This document shows positions 29,275-39,605 of a DNA stretch of 64,000 nucleotides, one piece after another. Both the position numbers and the translations under genes were made by a program. The notes below the pieces were generated by a model that was not told the origin of the DNA, searched no databases, and saw only the letters and a program-made list of their open reading frames with translations. Position 1 is the first letter of the stretch; each line of letters begins with the position of its first letter. Source of the stretch: Candidatus Woesearchaeota archaeon (GTDB lineage Archaea > Nanobdellota > Nanobdellia > Woesearchaeales > GW2011-AR15); contig JAFGJW010000001.1 in NCBI GenBank assembly GCA_016928835.1, forward strand, positions 86,306-150,305. The letters are read 5' to 3'.

Positions 29275-30774
29275 ATGAAAATAACAATTATTACTCCAAA
29301 CATTGTGACTCAGAAAGGAGATTTTTTTGGCACAGGAATTCCATATATCCCTTTTACAGCAACTTATCTTGCCGCATACCTCATACAAAATGGGCATGAT
29401 GCCATAATTATTGACTCTTTTGGTGAGGCGCCTATGAATATAAGAAATTCTGGTATGTTTTTCTACCAGGGACTTTCCCCTAAGGAGATAAAAAACAAAA
29501 TTCCTTCTGATACAGATATAATTGTTATCTCCGCAGAAAGGGTGGTTGCCCATCAATCCATAATGCAACTTCTTAAGTTATTTAAGCGATTTGAGCTTCC
29601 AATAATTGTTGTTGAAAATTCACAGGCAGTAAGTGCGTATTCTGTGCAAGAATTAGCTAAGATACTTCTTGATTTAGGGGCGAAATTTATTATAGCCGGT
29701 GAACCAGAATATCGTACTAAAGAGCTTATTGATTGCATTAAAAGATCAAAAGATCCAACTCATATTGATGGTTTAATATTCAAAAAAGGAAACAAGATGG
29801 CGGTAAACAAAGTCAAATCATTTATTGAAGATCTTGATGAGCTGCCTTTTCCAGCATGGCATTTGTTGCCAATGAAAAATTACTGGTCTCTTGGATATGC
29901 TCATGCTCCCCTTTCCTCTGAAAAATATTTACCTATACTCACTTCTAGGGGATGTCCTTATAATTGCAGATTTTGTGTCATCCCTACAACAAACCAGAAT
30001 AGATGGAGACCTCGGAGCCCTACTAATGTAGTTACTGAGATACAATATTTTCATGACAAGATGCAGGTGAAAGAATTTCATCTTGAGGATCTAAATCCCA
30101 CTGTCGATCAGGAACGTATAGTAAATATGTGCTGCGAGATTATTAAGCGTAAGCTGGACGTCATATGGAAAATTGGATCAGGTACTAAGCTTGACGCCCA
30201 TTTTACAAAAGAGACTATATCTTTAATGGCTAGGAGTGGATGTAAATACATTTCCTTTTCTCCAGAGTCGGGATCAAAGGAGCTTCTGTCAAAGATAGGC
30301 AAACCCTTTAACTATAATAGGGCCCTTAGATTAGTTAGACATATGAATCGATTAGGTATTATAACACAAGCATGCTTTGTACTTGGGTTTCCTGGAGAAA
30401 AGGCAGAAGACTTGGCAATGACAAAAGGATATATCAAAAAACTTACTAAATCAGGCATTGATGAGATCGCTCTTTTTATCTTCAGCCCGGTTCCTGGTTC
30501 ATATTTTTATACTCATATTAAAAAACGATTTATTAAAATAAACTCACTTACCTTTTCTCCCATATGGAGGAAGGATTTTAAGCAACTAAATAGTTTCAGG
30601 ACCAAGACGTATTTTTCTTTTTTTATTTGGAAACTTATGCATCATCCGCTGAAAATTTTCAGACAAGTATACGCATTAATTACTAGGAACTTCGTGACAA
30701 AAATGGAGATGACTTTTTTTAGGTTGATTAAAATTAGAACAAGGTATCTGCTTTCAAGAATTCACAGAACTTGA
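29275..30774 (+). CDS. B12-binding-domain radical SAM protein
   Basis: N-terminal Rossmann-like domain (AGEPE), DLDELPFPAWHL, TSRGCPYNCRFC, SPESGS. Confidence 0.9.
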   Translation: MKITIITPNIVTQKGDFFGTGIPYIPFTATYLAAYLIQNGHDAIIIDSFGEAPMNIRNSGMFFYQGLSPKEIKNKIPSDTDIIVISAERVVAHQSIMQLLKLFKRFELPIIVVENSQAVSAYSVQELAKILLDLGAKFIIAGEPEYRTKELIDCIKRSKDPTHIDGLIFKKGNKMAVNKVKSFIEDLDELPFPAWHLLPMKNYWSLGYAHAPLSSEKYLPILTSRGCPYNCRFCVIPTTNQNRWRPRSPTNVVTEIQYFHDKMQVKEFHLEDLNPTVDQERIVNMCCEIIKRKLDVIWKIGSGTKLDAHFTKETISLMARSGCKYISFSPESGSKELLSKIGKPFNYNRALRLVRHMNRLGIITQACFVLGFPGEKAEDLAMTKGYIKKLTKSGIDEIALFIFSPVPGSYFYTHIKKRFIKINSLTFSPIWRKDFKQLNSFRTKTYFSFFIWKLMHHPLKIFRQVYALITRNFVTKMEMTFFRLIKIRTRYLLSRIHRT

Positions 30775-30780
30775 GCAAGG

Positions 30781-32241
30781 TTATTTCGTCCATGCTTCGA
30801 TTTGTAAAATTAGTCCAAAAGCGCCTAGAGTCAATTCTTTGAACTCATGGAACGAGGATAGTGATCGTAGAATATTCCATATTGCTTTTGGTCTAAAATA
30901 GAATCTTCGATAAGCGCTGGCAATTGCTTTTTTTAGCTCTCCTTGTGTGAGATTAGAGTGAGGTAAAGGAGGATTAACACCAATACCAACAAAATTTTGC
31001 CAATCTTTTATCTTATCAACTGCATCACCTGAAAAACATTGATCAAACAGCTCAGTTCCAGGATAAGGGCATATCACATTGAAAAATGCCATTGTGGGAT
31101 TGGTGTCTAATGCAAATTTGATTGTGTTCTCAATAGTCTCCTTTGTCTCTCCAGGTGCACCAAATAAAAAGTTAGCTTGAGTTCTTAATCCCAATTTATT
31201 GGAGAGTTCAATCGCTTGCTTATTTAACTTTACTGTAGTGCCTTTCTTCATAATTTTCAGAATTTTCTGATCTCCAGATTCAATACCAAAATTGACTGTA
31301 TAGCATCCAGCTTTTTTCATTATCCTCAGCAAATCTTCAGTGATACTTGTAACCTTTGAGTAGCATGACCATTTAAGTTTCCTATTTAGTCCTTTTTCAA
31401 TCATGAGTTCGCAGATTTTCTTTGCTCTTTTAACATCGAAGGTAAAAGTATCATCCTCAAATCCAATATGGTTTATATTGTATTTTTTTATTAAATATTC
31501 AACCAGTTTAATTATGTATTCTGCTGAGTGAGCCCTATATCTCCTTCCATGGACTTTATGAGAGGCACAGTATATGCAGAAAGATGGACATCCTCTTGAG
31601 CTGATAATAGTTGCTGTTCTTGTACCTTTTGATTTATAAACATTGGGTTTGTACAGATTAAAATCAGTGAGATGATATGCAGGGAAAGGAAGCTTGTCCA
31701 TGTTTTCAATGGGAGGTCTAAACCCAGTATTGAATATTTTTCCTTCCTTCCCTCTGTATACAATGCCCCTTATTTCTTTGAGTTTTCTAATTTGGCCTTT
31801 GACATACTGGCATATGTCATTCATTATTTCCTCTCCTTCACCGATAGCAACAATATCTATCTCCTTTGCAACCATGAGAGATTGTTCTGGGAAAGAAGAC
31901 ACGTGAACCCCACCCATAACAATAATTGCATCCGAAACTCTCTTTGCAATTTTGGCGACTTCTACAGCGTTATTAAAGTTTGGTGTTGCACTAGTTATTC
32001 CAATTATGTCTGGTTTAATAAGCCGGATTGCTTTTTTGATATCTTTATGCTGCATATGTTGGGGTTCTGGATCTAGTAACTTTACTTTGTGACCTTTACT
32101 AATACAGTATGATGCAATATATCCGATGCCCATGGGAAAATACTTCCCCGCCGCAAGTTTTATTGGCCCATATAAATCTCTATGTGGAGCATTAATAAGT
32201 AGTAGACGAATTTCCCTGTCTTTTATGAATCTTTGTTTCAT
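30781..32241 (-). CDS. B12-binding-domain radical SAM protein
   Basis: PMGIGYIAS, GGVHVS, GEGE, SSRGCPSFCIYC, GIESG, PYPGT. Confidence 0.93.
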   Translation of the reverse strand: MKQRFIKDREIRLLLINAPHRDLYGPIKLAAGKYFPMGIGYIASYCISKGHKVKLLDPEPQHMQHKDIKKAIRLIKPDIIGITSATPNFNNAVEVAKIAKRVSDAIIVMGGVHVSSFPEQSLMVAKEIDIVAIGEGEEIMNDICQYVKGQIRKLKEIRGIVYRGKEGKIFNTGFRPPIENMDKLPFPAYHLTDFNLYKPNVYKSKGTRTATIISSRGCPSFCIYCASHKVHGRRYRAHSAEYIIKLVEYLIKKYNINHIGFEDDTFTFDVKRAKKICELMIEKGLNRKLKWSCYSKVTSITEDLLRIMKKAGCYTVNFGIESGDQKILKIMKKGTTVKLNKQAIELSNKLGLRTQANFLFGAPGETKETIENTIKFALDTNPTMAFFNVICPYPGTELFDQCFSGDAVDKIKDWQNFVGIGVNPPLPHSNLTQGELKKAIASAYRRFYFRPKAIWNILRSLSSFHEFKELTLGAFGLILQIEAWTK

Positions 32242-32289
32242 CTTCCAGCACGTTTCTTAATAATCTGTGATATGTCTTCGGGTATAAAA

Positions 32290-33750
32290 TTAGCTAAATG
32301 CAAACGCAAGTCTAAGGCCAGTTAGGTATCTTTTCATATCTTCCATAGACCTAATCTTTCGGAGATGTTTAAAAATATATTTTGGTCGAAAGTAGAATTC
32401 TCTATTTGCCCGTTTAATCATCTTCTCTACTTCTTTGCTGTTCTTATAACCAAATGGCACAAAAACCGCGGACTGTTGAGTGAATTCGTCATATCTCACT
32501 TTTAATGTTCCATATCTTTTTGCGTCTTCAAAGAGCTTTGTTCCAATGTGAGGTGTTGTAGCTGTGAACTGGGCATAGTCTAGATCTAATTCCTTGGCAA
32601 AATTTATTGTTCTCTTTGCGTGCTCTGGTGTCTCTCCTGGCAGTGCAAGCATAAATAATCCTCTTATCTCAATCCCATTTTTTTGTGTAAGGCGGACAGT
32701 TCTTCTAATGCTATCTAATGTTGTTCCCTTGTTAATTATTTTAAGTAGGTCTTCATTTCCTGACTCAATACCATACCATATACAGAAACAGCCAGCTTCC
32801 TTCATTTTTCTTAAGAGCGAATCATCTACTGTGTTAATATGGCTATAGCAATTCCAAATAATGTCCAGTTTCTCATTAATAATCAAATTGCATAGGTTTG
32901 TCATCCACTTTTTATTAATGGTGAGCGTGTCATCCCAGAAGGATATCTGCCTGGCCCCATACTTTTTGATAACAAATTTTATTTCCTCTATTACCTTTTT
33001 AGGGGAACGGAATCTTGCTTTATGACCAAAGGCTGCATGAGTTGAACAATAAGTACAGTTAAAAGGGCATCCCCTGCTTACCATCATATGTATTACAGGA
33101 AGCCTCTTGTATTCTATAGGCAAGGGGATACATTTGTCAATAGGTATGAGGTGTCTTGCGGGAAACGGTAGGATGTCCAGATTAGGTATAAGTTCTCTTG
33201 GTTCTGTAATTACAATCTTTTTTTTCTCTTTAAAGCCGATTCCCTTAATCTTATTTAGTGACTTATAATCTTTAACAACCTTTTCATAACTATAGCTCTT
33301 TTTGCGGAAAAAGTTCATAAGATTAAGTAGTGTGAGCTCACCCTCTCCAAAAATAAGAAAATCAATGCTGGGACAATCTTTGAAAGTATTTTTACGAAAT
33401 AGTGTAATGTGGTGGCCGCCCATGAGCAGAATTTTGTTGGGAAATTGTCTCTTAATTTTTCTGGCGTATCTAATACCTTTTGAATACATAGAAGTCAAAA
33501 CAGAAATGCCGATAACCTTGGGATCTCTTTTTCTGATGTAGTTTAAAATCTGTGTCATGTTAATATCCATTAGGATTGGCTCAATTACTTCAACATTATA
33601 TCTTTCCTCAATAAGGAATGCTGCCAAAGACAGTACACCAAGGGGGGGGAGAAATCCGCCTGCATTTCTCCTTACTTTTTTACCTGCAAATCGTTCCTTT
33701 TCACTTAAAGAAGGAAAAATCAACAAAAGATCAGTCTGCTCTGATTTCAT
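32290..33750 (-). CDS. B12-binding-domain radical SAM protein
   Basis: PPLGVLSLAA, GGHHIT, GEGE, SRGCPFNCTYC, GIESG. Start set to ATG 33750 (the track uses TTG 33801). Confidence 0.92.
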   Translation of the reverse strand: MKSEQTDLLLIFPSLSEKERFAGKKVRRNAGGFLPPLGVLSLAAFLIEERYNVEVIEPILMDINMTQILNYIRKRDPKVIGISVLTSMYSKGIRYARKIKRQFPNKILLMGGHHITLFRKNTFKDCPSIDFLIFGEGELTLLNLMNFFRKKSYSYEKVVKDYKSLNKIKGIGFKEKKKIVITEPRELIPNLDILPFPARHLIPIDKCIPLPIEYKRLPVIHMMVSRGCPFNCTYCSTHAAFGHKARFRSPKKVIEEIKFVIKKYGARQISFWDDTLTINKKWMTNLCNLIINEKLDIIWNCYSHINTVDDSLLRKMKEAGCFCIWYGIESGNEDLLKIINKGTTLDSIRRTVRLTQKNGIEIRGLFMLALPGETPEHAKRTINFAKELDLDYAQFTATTPHIGTKLFEDAKRYGTLKVRYDEFTQQSAVFVPFGYKNSKEVEKMIKRANREFYFRPKYIFKHLRKIRSMEDMKRYLTGLRLAFAFS

Positions 33751-33890
33751 TTTTTTAGATAAAAAAAGTTTCTTAAAAAATCTTTCGGTCGACCATGGCA
33801 AATTATATAAACATAGGAATTTTTATCCATTCAATTCATGCGAATATGGAGTTTAATATTGCTTTGTTTACTTTTAAGCATGATTGAACA

Positions 33891-34577
33891 ATGAAAGTAT
33901 CAATAATTATCCCTGTATACAATGAATATAAAACCTTACCTGTTATTTTAAGGAAAGTTCAGAATCTTAAGATAAATAAAGAGATTATTGTCGTAGATGA
34001 TGGGTCTAATGACGGAACAAGAGAATTTTTAAGGAGATACCAGGATAGTGCCAGAGATAATCTGAAGATACTTTTTCATAAAAAAAATCAGGGGAAGGGA
34101 AGAGCTATTAGAACAGCTATTCCTTATACTACCGGTGATATAATCCTTATCCAGGACGCAGATCTTGAGCTGGATCCATCAAATATTTATGATATTGTAG
34201 CACCAATCATGGATCAAAAAACAAAGGTAGTATATGGAAACAGGTTTTTAGGAGATGCTCCTGAGATTCCTATAACTAGCAGATTTGCGAATTTTGCAGT
34301 AACATTTGCAGCCAATTCACTCTACGGAGTTAATATAGGTGATGAAGCAGCTGGTTATAAGGCGTTTAGGGGGGAGATACTAAGAAATATGAATCTCAAG
34401 TGCGAGAGATTTGAGTTTTGTCCTGAAGTAACGGCAAAATTGGCTAAACAGGGACACACAATTCATGAAGTGCCGATTTCTTTTTCTCCTAGGACTCTTG
34501 CAGAGGGTAAGAAAGTAGGGTGGAAGGATGGCGTCCATGCACTCTGGACACTCTTGAAATACAAATTCATTGATTGA
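33891..34577 (+). CDS. GT2 glycosyltransferase (polyprenol-phosphate sugar synthase-like)
   Basis: IIPVYNE, VDDGSNDGT, NQGKG, QDADLE, EGKK. Confidence 0.93.
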   Translation: MKVSIIIPVYNEYKTLPVILRKVQNLKINKEIIVVDDGSNDGTREFLRRYQDSARDNLKILFHKKNQGKGRAIRTAIPYTTGDIILIQDADLELDPSNIYDIVAPIMDQKTKVVYGNRFLGDAPEIPITSRFANFAVTFAANSLYGVNIGDEAAGYKAFRGEILRNMNLKCERFEFCPEVTAKLAKQGHTIHEVPISFSPRTLAEGKKVGWKDGVHALWTLLKYKFID

Positions 34578-35518
34578 CAATGCCACTCAGTAAAGAAGAA
34601 AACGTAGTTTGCAACCTTTGCGGTGCAAATGATTATCGCGTTGTGTATCCAAAGCTGAGAGATGCATCTGATACTCCACTGCATGAGAAATATTCTGCTT
34701 CAAAAGGAGTTCTTTGTACAGATCAGATAGTGCAGTGCAATAAATGCTCTCTTGTCTATATAAATCCTAGGCCAACTGCAGACCTAATTGTGAGTGCGTG
34801 TAAAAAAGGAAAGGACGAGACATATGTATCTCAGGAAAAAGCTAGGCTAAAGACTTTTTCAAAAGAACTTGCTTTAATACATAATAATGCTCAAAAAGGA
34901 AAGCTCTTAGATATAGGTTGTGCTGCTGGTTATTTTGTGAAAATAGCGCAATCCCATGGCTGGGAAGTAGAAGGCATTGAGCCCAACAAGTGGTTATGTA
35001 ATTATGGAAATAAGAAATTCGGACTTAGCAATAAGGCTATTACTCTAGAAAAGGCCAAATTCAAAATAGAAAGATTTGATGTAGTTACTTTGTGGGATGT
35101 AATTGAGCATGTGCCCGATCCAATAGTTACTCTTAAGAATGTTCATAGGGTTCTTAAACCAAAGGGACATATTGTACTAAGTACTCCAGATTTTGACAGC
35201 ATTTTTTCAAAGATGTTCAGAAGGCGGTGGTGGTTCCTATTGTCGCATCACCTCTTTTATTTCACTCCTTTAACAATTAAAAAGATGCTGTTTAAATCAG
35301 GGTTTAGAGTGATAAAGATCAAAAAGCATTGGCAGTACATGGAGATAGGATATATGATTAGAATGATGAAGAATCTAAATAAAGGATTCTTTTTGGGTTC
35401 AGTATTTGATTTATTTGAAAAAGTTCTAAACAGAGTCAAACTCAATAATTTTATGATACCTTATTATGCAGGTCAGATGGACATTGTCGCTAGAAAAACA
35501 AAAAGAAAACAGATATAA
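34574..35518 (+). CDS. Class I SAM-dependent methyltransferase with N-terminal zinc knuckle
   Basis: CNLC...CNKC, LLDIGCAAG, WDVIEHVPDP. Confidence 0.9.
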   Translation: MTMPLSKEENVVCNLCGANDYRVVYPKLRDASDTPLHEKYSASKGVLCTDQIVQCNKCSLVYINPRPTADLIVSACKKGKDETYVSQEKARLKTFSKELALIHNNAQKGKLLDIGCAAGYFVKIAQSHGWEVEGIEPNKWLCNYGNKKFGLSNKAITLEKAKFKIERFDVVTLWDVIEHVPDPIVTLKNVHRVLKPKGHIVLSTPDFDSIFSKMFRRRWWFLLSHHLFYFTPLTIKKMLFKSGFRVIKIKKHWQYMEIGYMIRMMKNLNKGFFLGSVFDLFEKVLNRVKLNNFMIPYYAGQMDIVARKTKRKQI

Positions 35519-36897
35519 TGACAAAAATAGTAATTTTGGGGGCAGGACTATCGGGATTAAGCACAGGGTATTTCCTAGCTAAACTAGGCTACAGAGTTAT
35601 TATCCTCGAAAAAGAGAATTATTTAGGAGGATTATCTACTACATTCCGCTATAAGGAGTTCTTGCTTGACCTGGGTCCTCATAAACTATTTTCTCAACTT
35701 GAAGTAATAGATGAGATAAAACGATTAATGTCAGGTAAATTACATGAAATACCCAAAAAAAGCAGAATTAGATTAAGGGGAAAGTTCTATGATTTTCCTG
35801 TTAGTTTTCAGCAGATACTATTTGGACTTAATCCTATAATAAGTCTTAGACTTATGATGAGCTATTGCATGGCATTTATTCAGGGAAAAAAGAACAGCAA
35901 TTATGAAACCTATCTTGAAAGCAGATTTGGAAAGACAGGCTATCTTCTCTTGTTTAGACCTTATGCCGAAAAGGTATGGGGGACTCCTGAAAAATTATCA
36001 GCAGACTTAGCAGCTTCTAGAGTAGCCATACCTTCATTGTTTGAGATAATAAAGCGCCTTTTTTTTGGGGATGAAGGAAAAGAGGTAATTGATGCTAAAA
36101 GCTTTTTATACCCAAAAAAAGGGATTATAGAGCTCTCAAAAAGCTTTGCACGGGCTGTGAAGAAAAGGTCTGGGCAAATAATATTTAATGCAGAAATCAC
36201 AGAAATCCAGTTAGAAAACAATAAGATATCAACAATTAAATACAAAAAGAAAAACAAGAGTTTTAATCTTTCACCTGATATTCTTATCTCGACTATCCCG
36301 TTAAAATCTTTTACTAGGTACATTAAGACCACGCCTTATTCTGTACGCAGAGCTGTAAAACATCTTAAATTCTCCGACCTGTCAATAGTATTTATTATTG
36401 TTAATAAACCAAGGCTTTTTTCTGATAACTGGATATTCTTTCCAGAGCAGGAATTTAGCTTTAACAGGATTTCTGAGCAAAAGGGGTTCAGTTCACATAT
36501 GGGTCCCAAGGATAAAACAGTACTTATGGTTGAAGTGACTAGAAGTGATATACTTAGAAAACCAAACCAGGAGATAATAAATAGAGTGTTGAGAGATCTG
36601 CATAATGCTCATATATTAAAGAAAAGAGATGTGCAGGAGACATTTATCAGAAGAATGAAGGAAGTGTATCCAATTTATGATGTTAATTACAGGAGAAATA
36701 TTGAAGAAGTCTTTTCTTTTCTTGATTCCATTAAAAATTTTTATTCTGTTGGAAGACAAGGTGCATTTAGTTATTCTGGTATGGTAGATTGTGTTGATAT
36801 GGGTTTGACTACCGCAAATTTTATTAATTCCAGTAAATCCCAAAATTCCTGGAAAAAAGTTCGTCAGAAATTTTACAATTATCAGGTTATTGATTAA
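35518..36897 (+). CDS. FAD-dependent oxidoreductase (HemY/UDP-galactopyranose mutase-like)
   Basis: GAGLSGL, EK...GGL, DLGPH, YPIY, GRQGAFSY. Confidence 0.88.
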   Translation: MTKIVILGAGLSGLSTGYFLAKLGYRVIILEKENYLGGLSTTFRYKEFLLDLGPHKLFSQLEVIDEIKRLMSGKLHEIPKKSRIRLRGKFYDFPVSFQQILFGLNPIISLRLMMSYCMAFIQGKKNSNYETYLESRFGKTGYLLLFRPYAEKVWGTPEKLSADLAASRVAIPSLFEIIKRLFFGDEGKEVIDAKSFLYPKKGIIELSKSFARAVKKRSGQIIFNAEITEIQLENNKISTIKYKKKNKSFNLSPDILISTIPLKSFTRYIKTTPYSVRRAVKHLKFSDLSIVFIIVNKPRLFSDNWIFFPEQEFSFNRISEQKGFSSHMGPKDKTVLMVEVTRSDILRKPNQEIINRVLRDLHNAHILKKRDVQETFIRRMKEVYPIYDVNYRRNIEEVFSFLDSIKNFYSVGRQGAFSYSGMVDCVDMGLTTANFINSSKSQNSWKKVRQKFYNYQVID

Positions 36898-36899
36898 AA

Positions 36900-38378
36900 A
36901 TGGGAAAAAAATATTCTAATTATTTATTAATTACACTAATGCTGATCCTAGCTGCGCTTCCTTTTCTAATACAGCTTCCTCAGATCTATCTTAAGAATAA
37001 AACTTTTTTAGGTTTTATAGACCATCCTAGATATATGGCGCAAGCAGAATTCATTAGGTATAGGTTTATTCATCCCTGGGCTACACAGGATAAAGGTCTG
37101 ATTGGAGATCCGAATCTGGGTTCAACACCTCTGAATTTGTTTATTGGATTCATCAGCATCTTAACTGGAATTGATGTTGTTATTCTGGTTTTCCTTGCAC
37201 AGATTACCGGTACCTTCCTTTTTTTGTACGGAGCAAAAAAATTGATCGATGCATTTGACGTTGAAAATGCATTGTATGCTTTCCTACTGCTGATTTTAAC
37301 TCCGGGAATTGGTGGTATTGCTAGAGCCTTATTCTCCAAAAATCATGCAGTATGGGTTAATATTGGCACAGCGTATTCTCCGCATGAAAGTCTTGCCATT
37401 GGTTTTGGGTTGCTGGTAATATCCTTTTTAGTAAAAAACCAAACGATAAAGTCGACGTTAATTGCTACCTTAATGTTATCTCTGTCAGTATTAATTCATC
37501 CTACAACAGGTCTGATTTTGTTGGGACTAAGTTTAGTATACCTAATAATTGAAAAGAGAAAACTCAGTCAATTTACCATTATGATAGCGTTATTAGCAGC
37601 CATTCCATGGATGATCTTCACGAGAAAATACAATGGATTTTCTTTTGGCATTTGCGACTATGTTTCAGTATCGAATCTAGTCCTCCATATTGGAGGATGG
37701 ATACTCAATTTTGGACATTTATTTCTTCTTTCTCTCATACCTTTTTGGAGAGTGTATACTAAGAGTGAAAAAGGAACAATAAAACTTGATTTCATAAACC
37801 TATGGATCATAGTTTTTCTACTTTTCAGCCTGTCTCCAGAAACTAAGTATGCCATAATGAAAGACGTATACTTTTATCTCTTACTTACTATCCCTCTCTC
37901 ACTCAGAGCAGCACAAGGAATTAGGATCATCGAAGAAAATTTATTTATACCTGCACAAATCATTCTAATTATTCTTATAATCTTTAGTATTCCTTCGCTC
38001 TATTATATTTATGTTGTGACTGATGATAAAGTAAATCTTTTTGATGAGGATGTATCTAATGCACTTATTGCTCTTAGGGAGTATCCAATGGGGGTAGCTT
38101 TCGGTCCAATTGATATTGCTCATGCAATTCCTGTACTTGGAATAAAGAGGACTCTATGGGAAGAGAATATAATTGATATAAAAGGCTGTAATAAGTTAAT
38201 GACAGAGTACCAGGAGATTAATGATCCTAATGTCTCCCAAAAAGAAAAAGAGAAGATTCTGAAACAATATGGTGTGGGTTACTTCATCACTGAACTGAGC
38301 ACCAGACCTTATGATAGTATGAAATTGCTATATAATACTGAGAGATGGTATGTCTATAAGGTGGATTTAAGTAACTGA
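36900..38378 (+). CDS. Polytopic membrane protein, probable GT-C fold glycosyltransferase
   Basis: Roughly ten hydrophobic segments, an acidic first loop (DHPRY), an IHP motif, and a soluble C-terminal domain ending LKQYGVGY...YVYKV. Confidence 0.55.
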   Translation: MGKKYSNYLLITLMLILAALPFLIQLPQIYLKNKTFLGFIDHPRYMAQAEFIRYRFIHPWATQDKGLIGDPNLGSTPLNLFIGFISILTGIDVVILVFLAQITGTFLFLYGAKKLIDAFDVENALYAFLLLILTPGIGGIARALFSKNHAVWVNIGTAYSPHESLAIGFGLLVISFLVKNQTIKSTLIATLMLSLSVLIHPTTGLILLGLSLVYLIIEKRKLSQFTIMIALLAAIPWMIFTRKYNGFSFGICDYVSVSNLVLHIGGWILNFGHLFLLSLIPFWRVYTKSEKGTIKLDFINLWIIVFLLFSLSPETKYAIMKDVYFYLLLTIPLSLRAAQGIRIIEENLFIPAQIILIILIIFSIPSLYYIYVVTDDKVNLFDEDVSNALIALREYPMGVAFGPIDIAHAIPVLGIKRTLWEENIIDIKGCNKLMTEYQEINDPNVSQKEKEKILKQYGVGYFITELSTRPYDSMKLLYNTERWYVYKVDLSN

Positions 38379-38399
38379 GAACTAATTGATTACCCCATA

Positions 38400-39599
38400 T
38401 TATTTAAGCAAGTTGATTGATTCAGTATAACTCTTCATTTTGATTTCTTCACTAAACCTCAACAATTTTTTAGCAAAATTACTATAATCCAGCGGCTTTA
38501 CCTTTTTTCTGGCAGTCTCTGCAATATTCTTTCTTGCTTGTGGATTGTCTAATAAATATTGGATTCCAGTTATAAGCCCCTTAACATCTCCCCTTCTATA
38601 AATATAACCTTCTTTAAGATGAGTAATCACTTCACGCATTCCATCCATGTCACTTGTAACTACTGGGGTTCCTGCTGCCATTGCCTCAAATATAATATTT
38701 GGAATCATTTCATTAAGCGAGCATACGACTAATACATCCGAGGAGGCATAATAGTCAGCCATCTTGTCCCAAGGAATTCTGCCGACTGATGTTATACGTT
38801 TAGAACACCAGCCAGGTACATCCCACTTAAACCTATCCCCAACATGCAAAAGCCGGACATTTGGATTTCTCTTCATTATCTCTGGAAGCGCCTTTTCAAG
38901 GTGGATTATACCTTTCCTGATTTTTTCTGTGCCTGCAGAAACAAAAAGAAGTTTTATTCCTGGAACATCTATTTTCTTACCAGCACTGAATTCTCTATAT
39001 CTTAAACCTGAATGTGGTATAAAATAAGGTTTGTTCTTGCCCCCATAAGACCTAACCACGTGGTTTCTGCTTTCCAAAGATGATGATATATAACCAATTG
39101 CATTTTTTGCGCATCTAAGTTCCATTAGATGCTGCAAATAAAAATGAATAAATCTGGCCAATCTTGTTAGCATTGATACATGATGCTTAGCAATTTCCAT
39201 GTTTTTTAAAAAAACGAGTGCAGGCTGCCCTATTCTTAAGACATATTTATATCCTTTAAGAAAAAAAGCAGCCCTGCTGTTAACTATAATTAGGTCTCTT
39301 TCACCAGGAGGATTCTCCCTAAAATATTTTCTAATTTTCCTGCTCAGAAAAATATATTCCTTATTCATGTTCATTATAGGCAACTTGAACAAGGGGATTG
39401 GAAATCTCTTAAGACTGGCATACGGGAATTTTTGTCTGAGAGGCAGTTTCTTATCAATTTGTCCACATAGAATTACTACTTTGTAACCTTGGCTATTTGC
39501 ATACCTTGACAATTGCTCAAACATTCCGGCATATGAGCCGCTATTTGGTGTGAAATGACGGCAAATAAGGTATAGTCTACTATTCATATTATTATTCAT
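38400..39599 (-). CDS. Glycosyltransferase family 4, paralogue of 25377..26561
   Basis: RKG and SLNEMIPNIIFEAMAAG; blocks shared with the other GT4. Confidence 0.9.
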   Translation of the reverse strand: MNNNMNSRLYLICRHFTPNSGSYAGMFEQLSRYANSQGYKVVILCGQIDKKLPLRQKFPYASLKRFPIPLFKLPIMNMNKEYIFLSRKIRKYFRENPPGERDLIIVNSRAAFFLKGYKYVLRIGQPALVFLKNMEIAKHHVSMLTRLARFIHFYLQHLMELRCAKNAIGYISSSLESRNHVVRSYGGKNKPYFIPHSGLRYREFSAGKKIDVPGIKLLFVSAGTEKIRKGIIHLEKALPEIMKRNPNVRLLHVGDRFKWDVPGWCSKRITSVGRIPWDKMADYYASSDVLVVCSLNEMIPNIIFEAMAAGTPVVTSDMDGMREVITHLKEGYIYRRGDVKGLITGIQYLLDNPQARKNIAETARKKVKPLDYSNFAKKLLRFSEEIKMKSYTESINLLK

Positions 39600-39605
39600 A
39601 TTATC

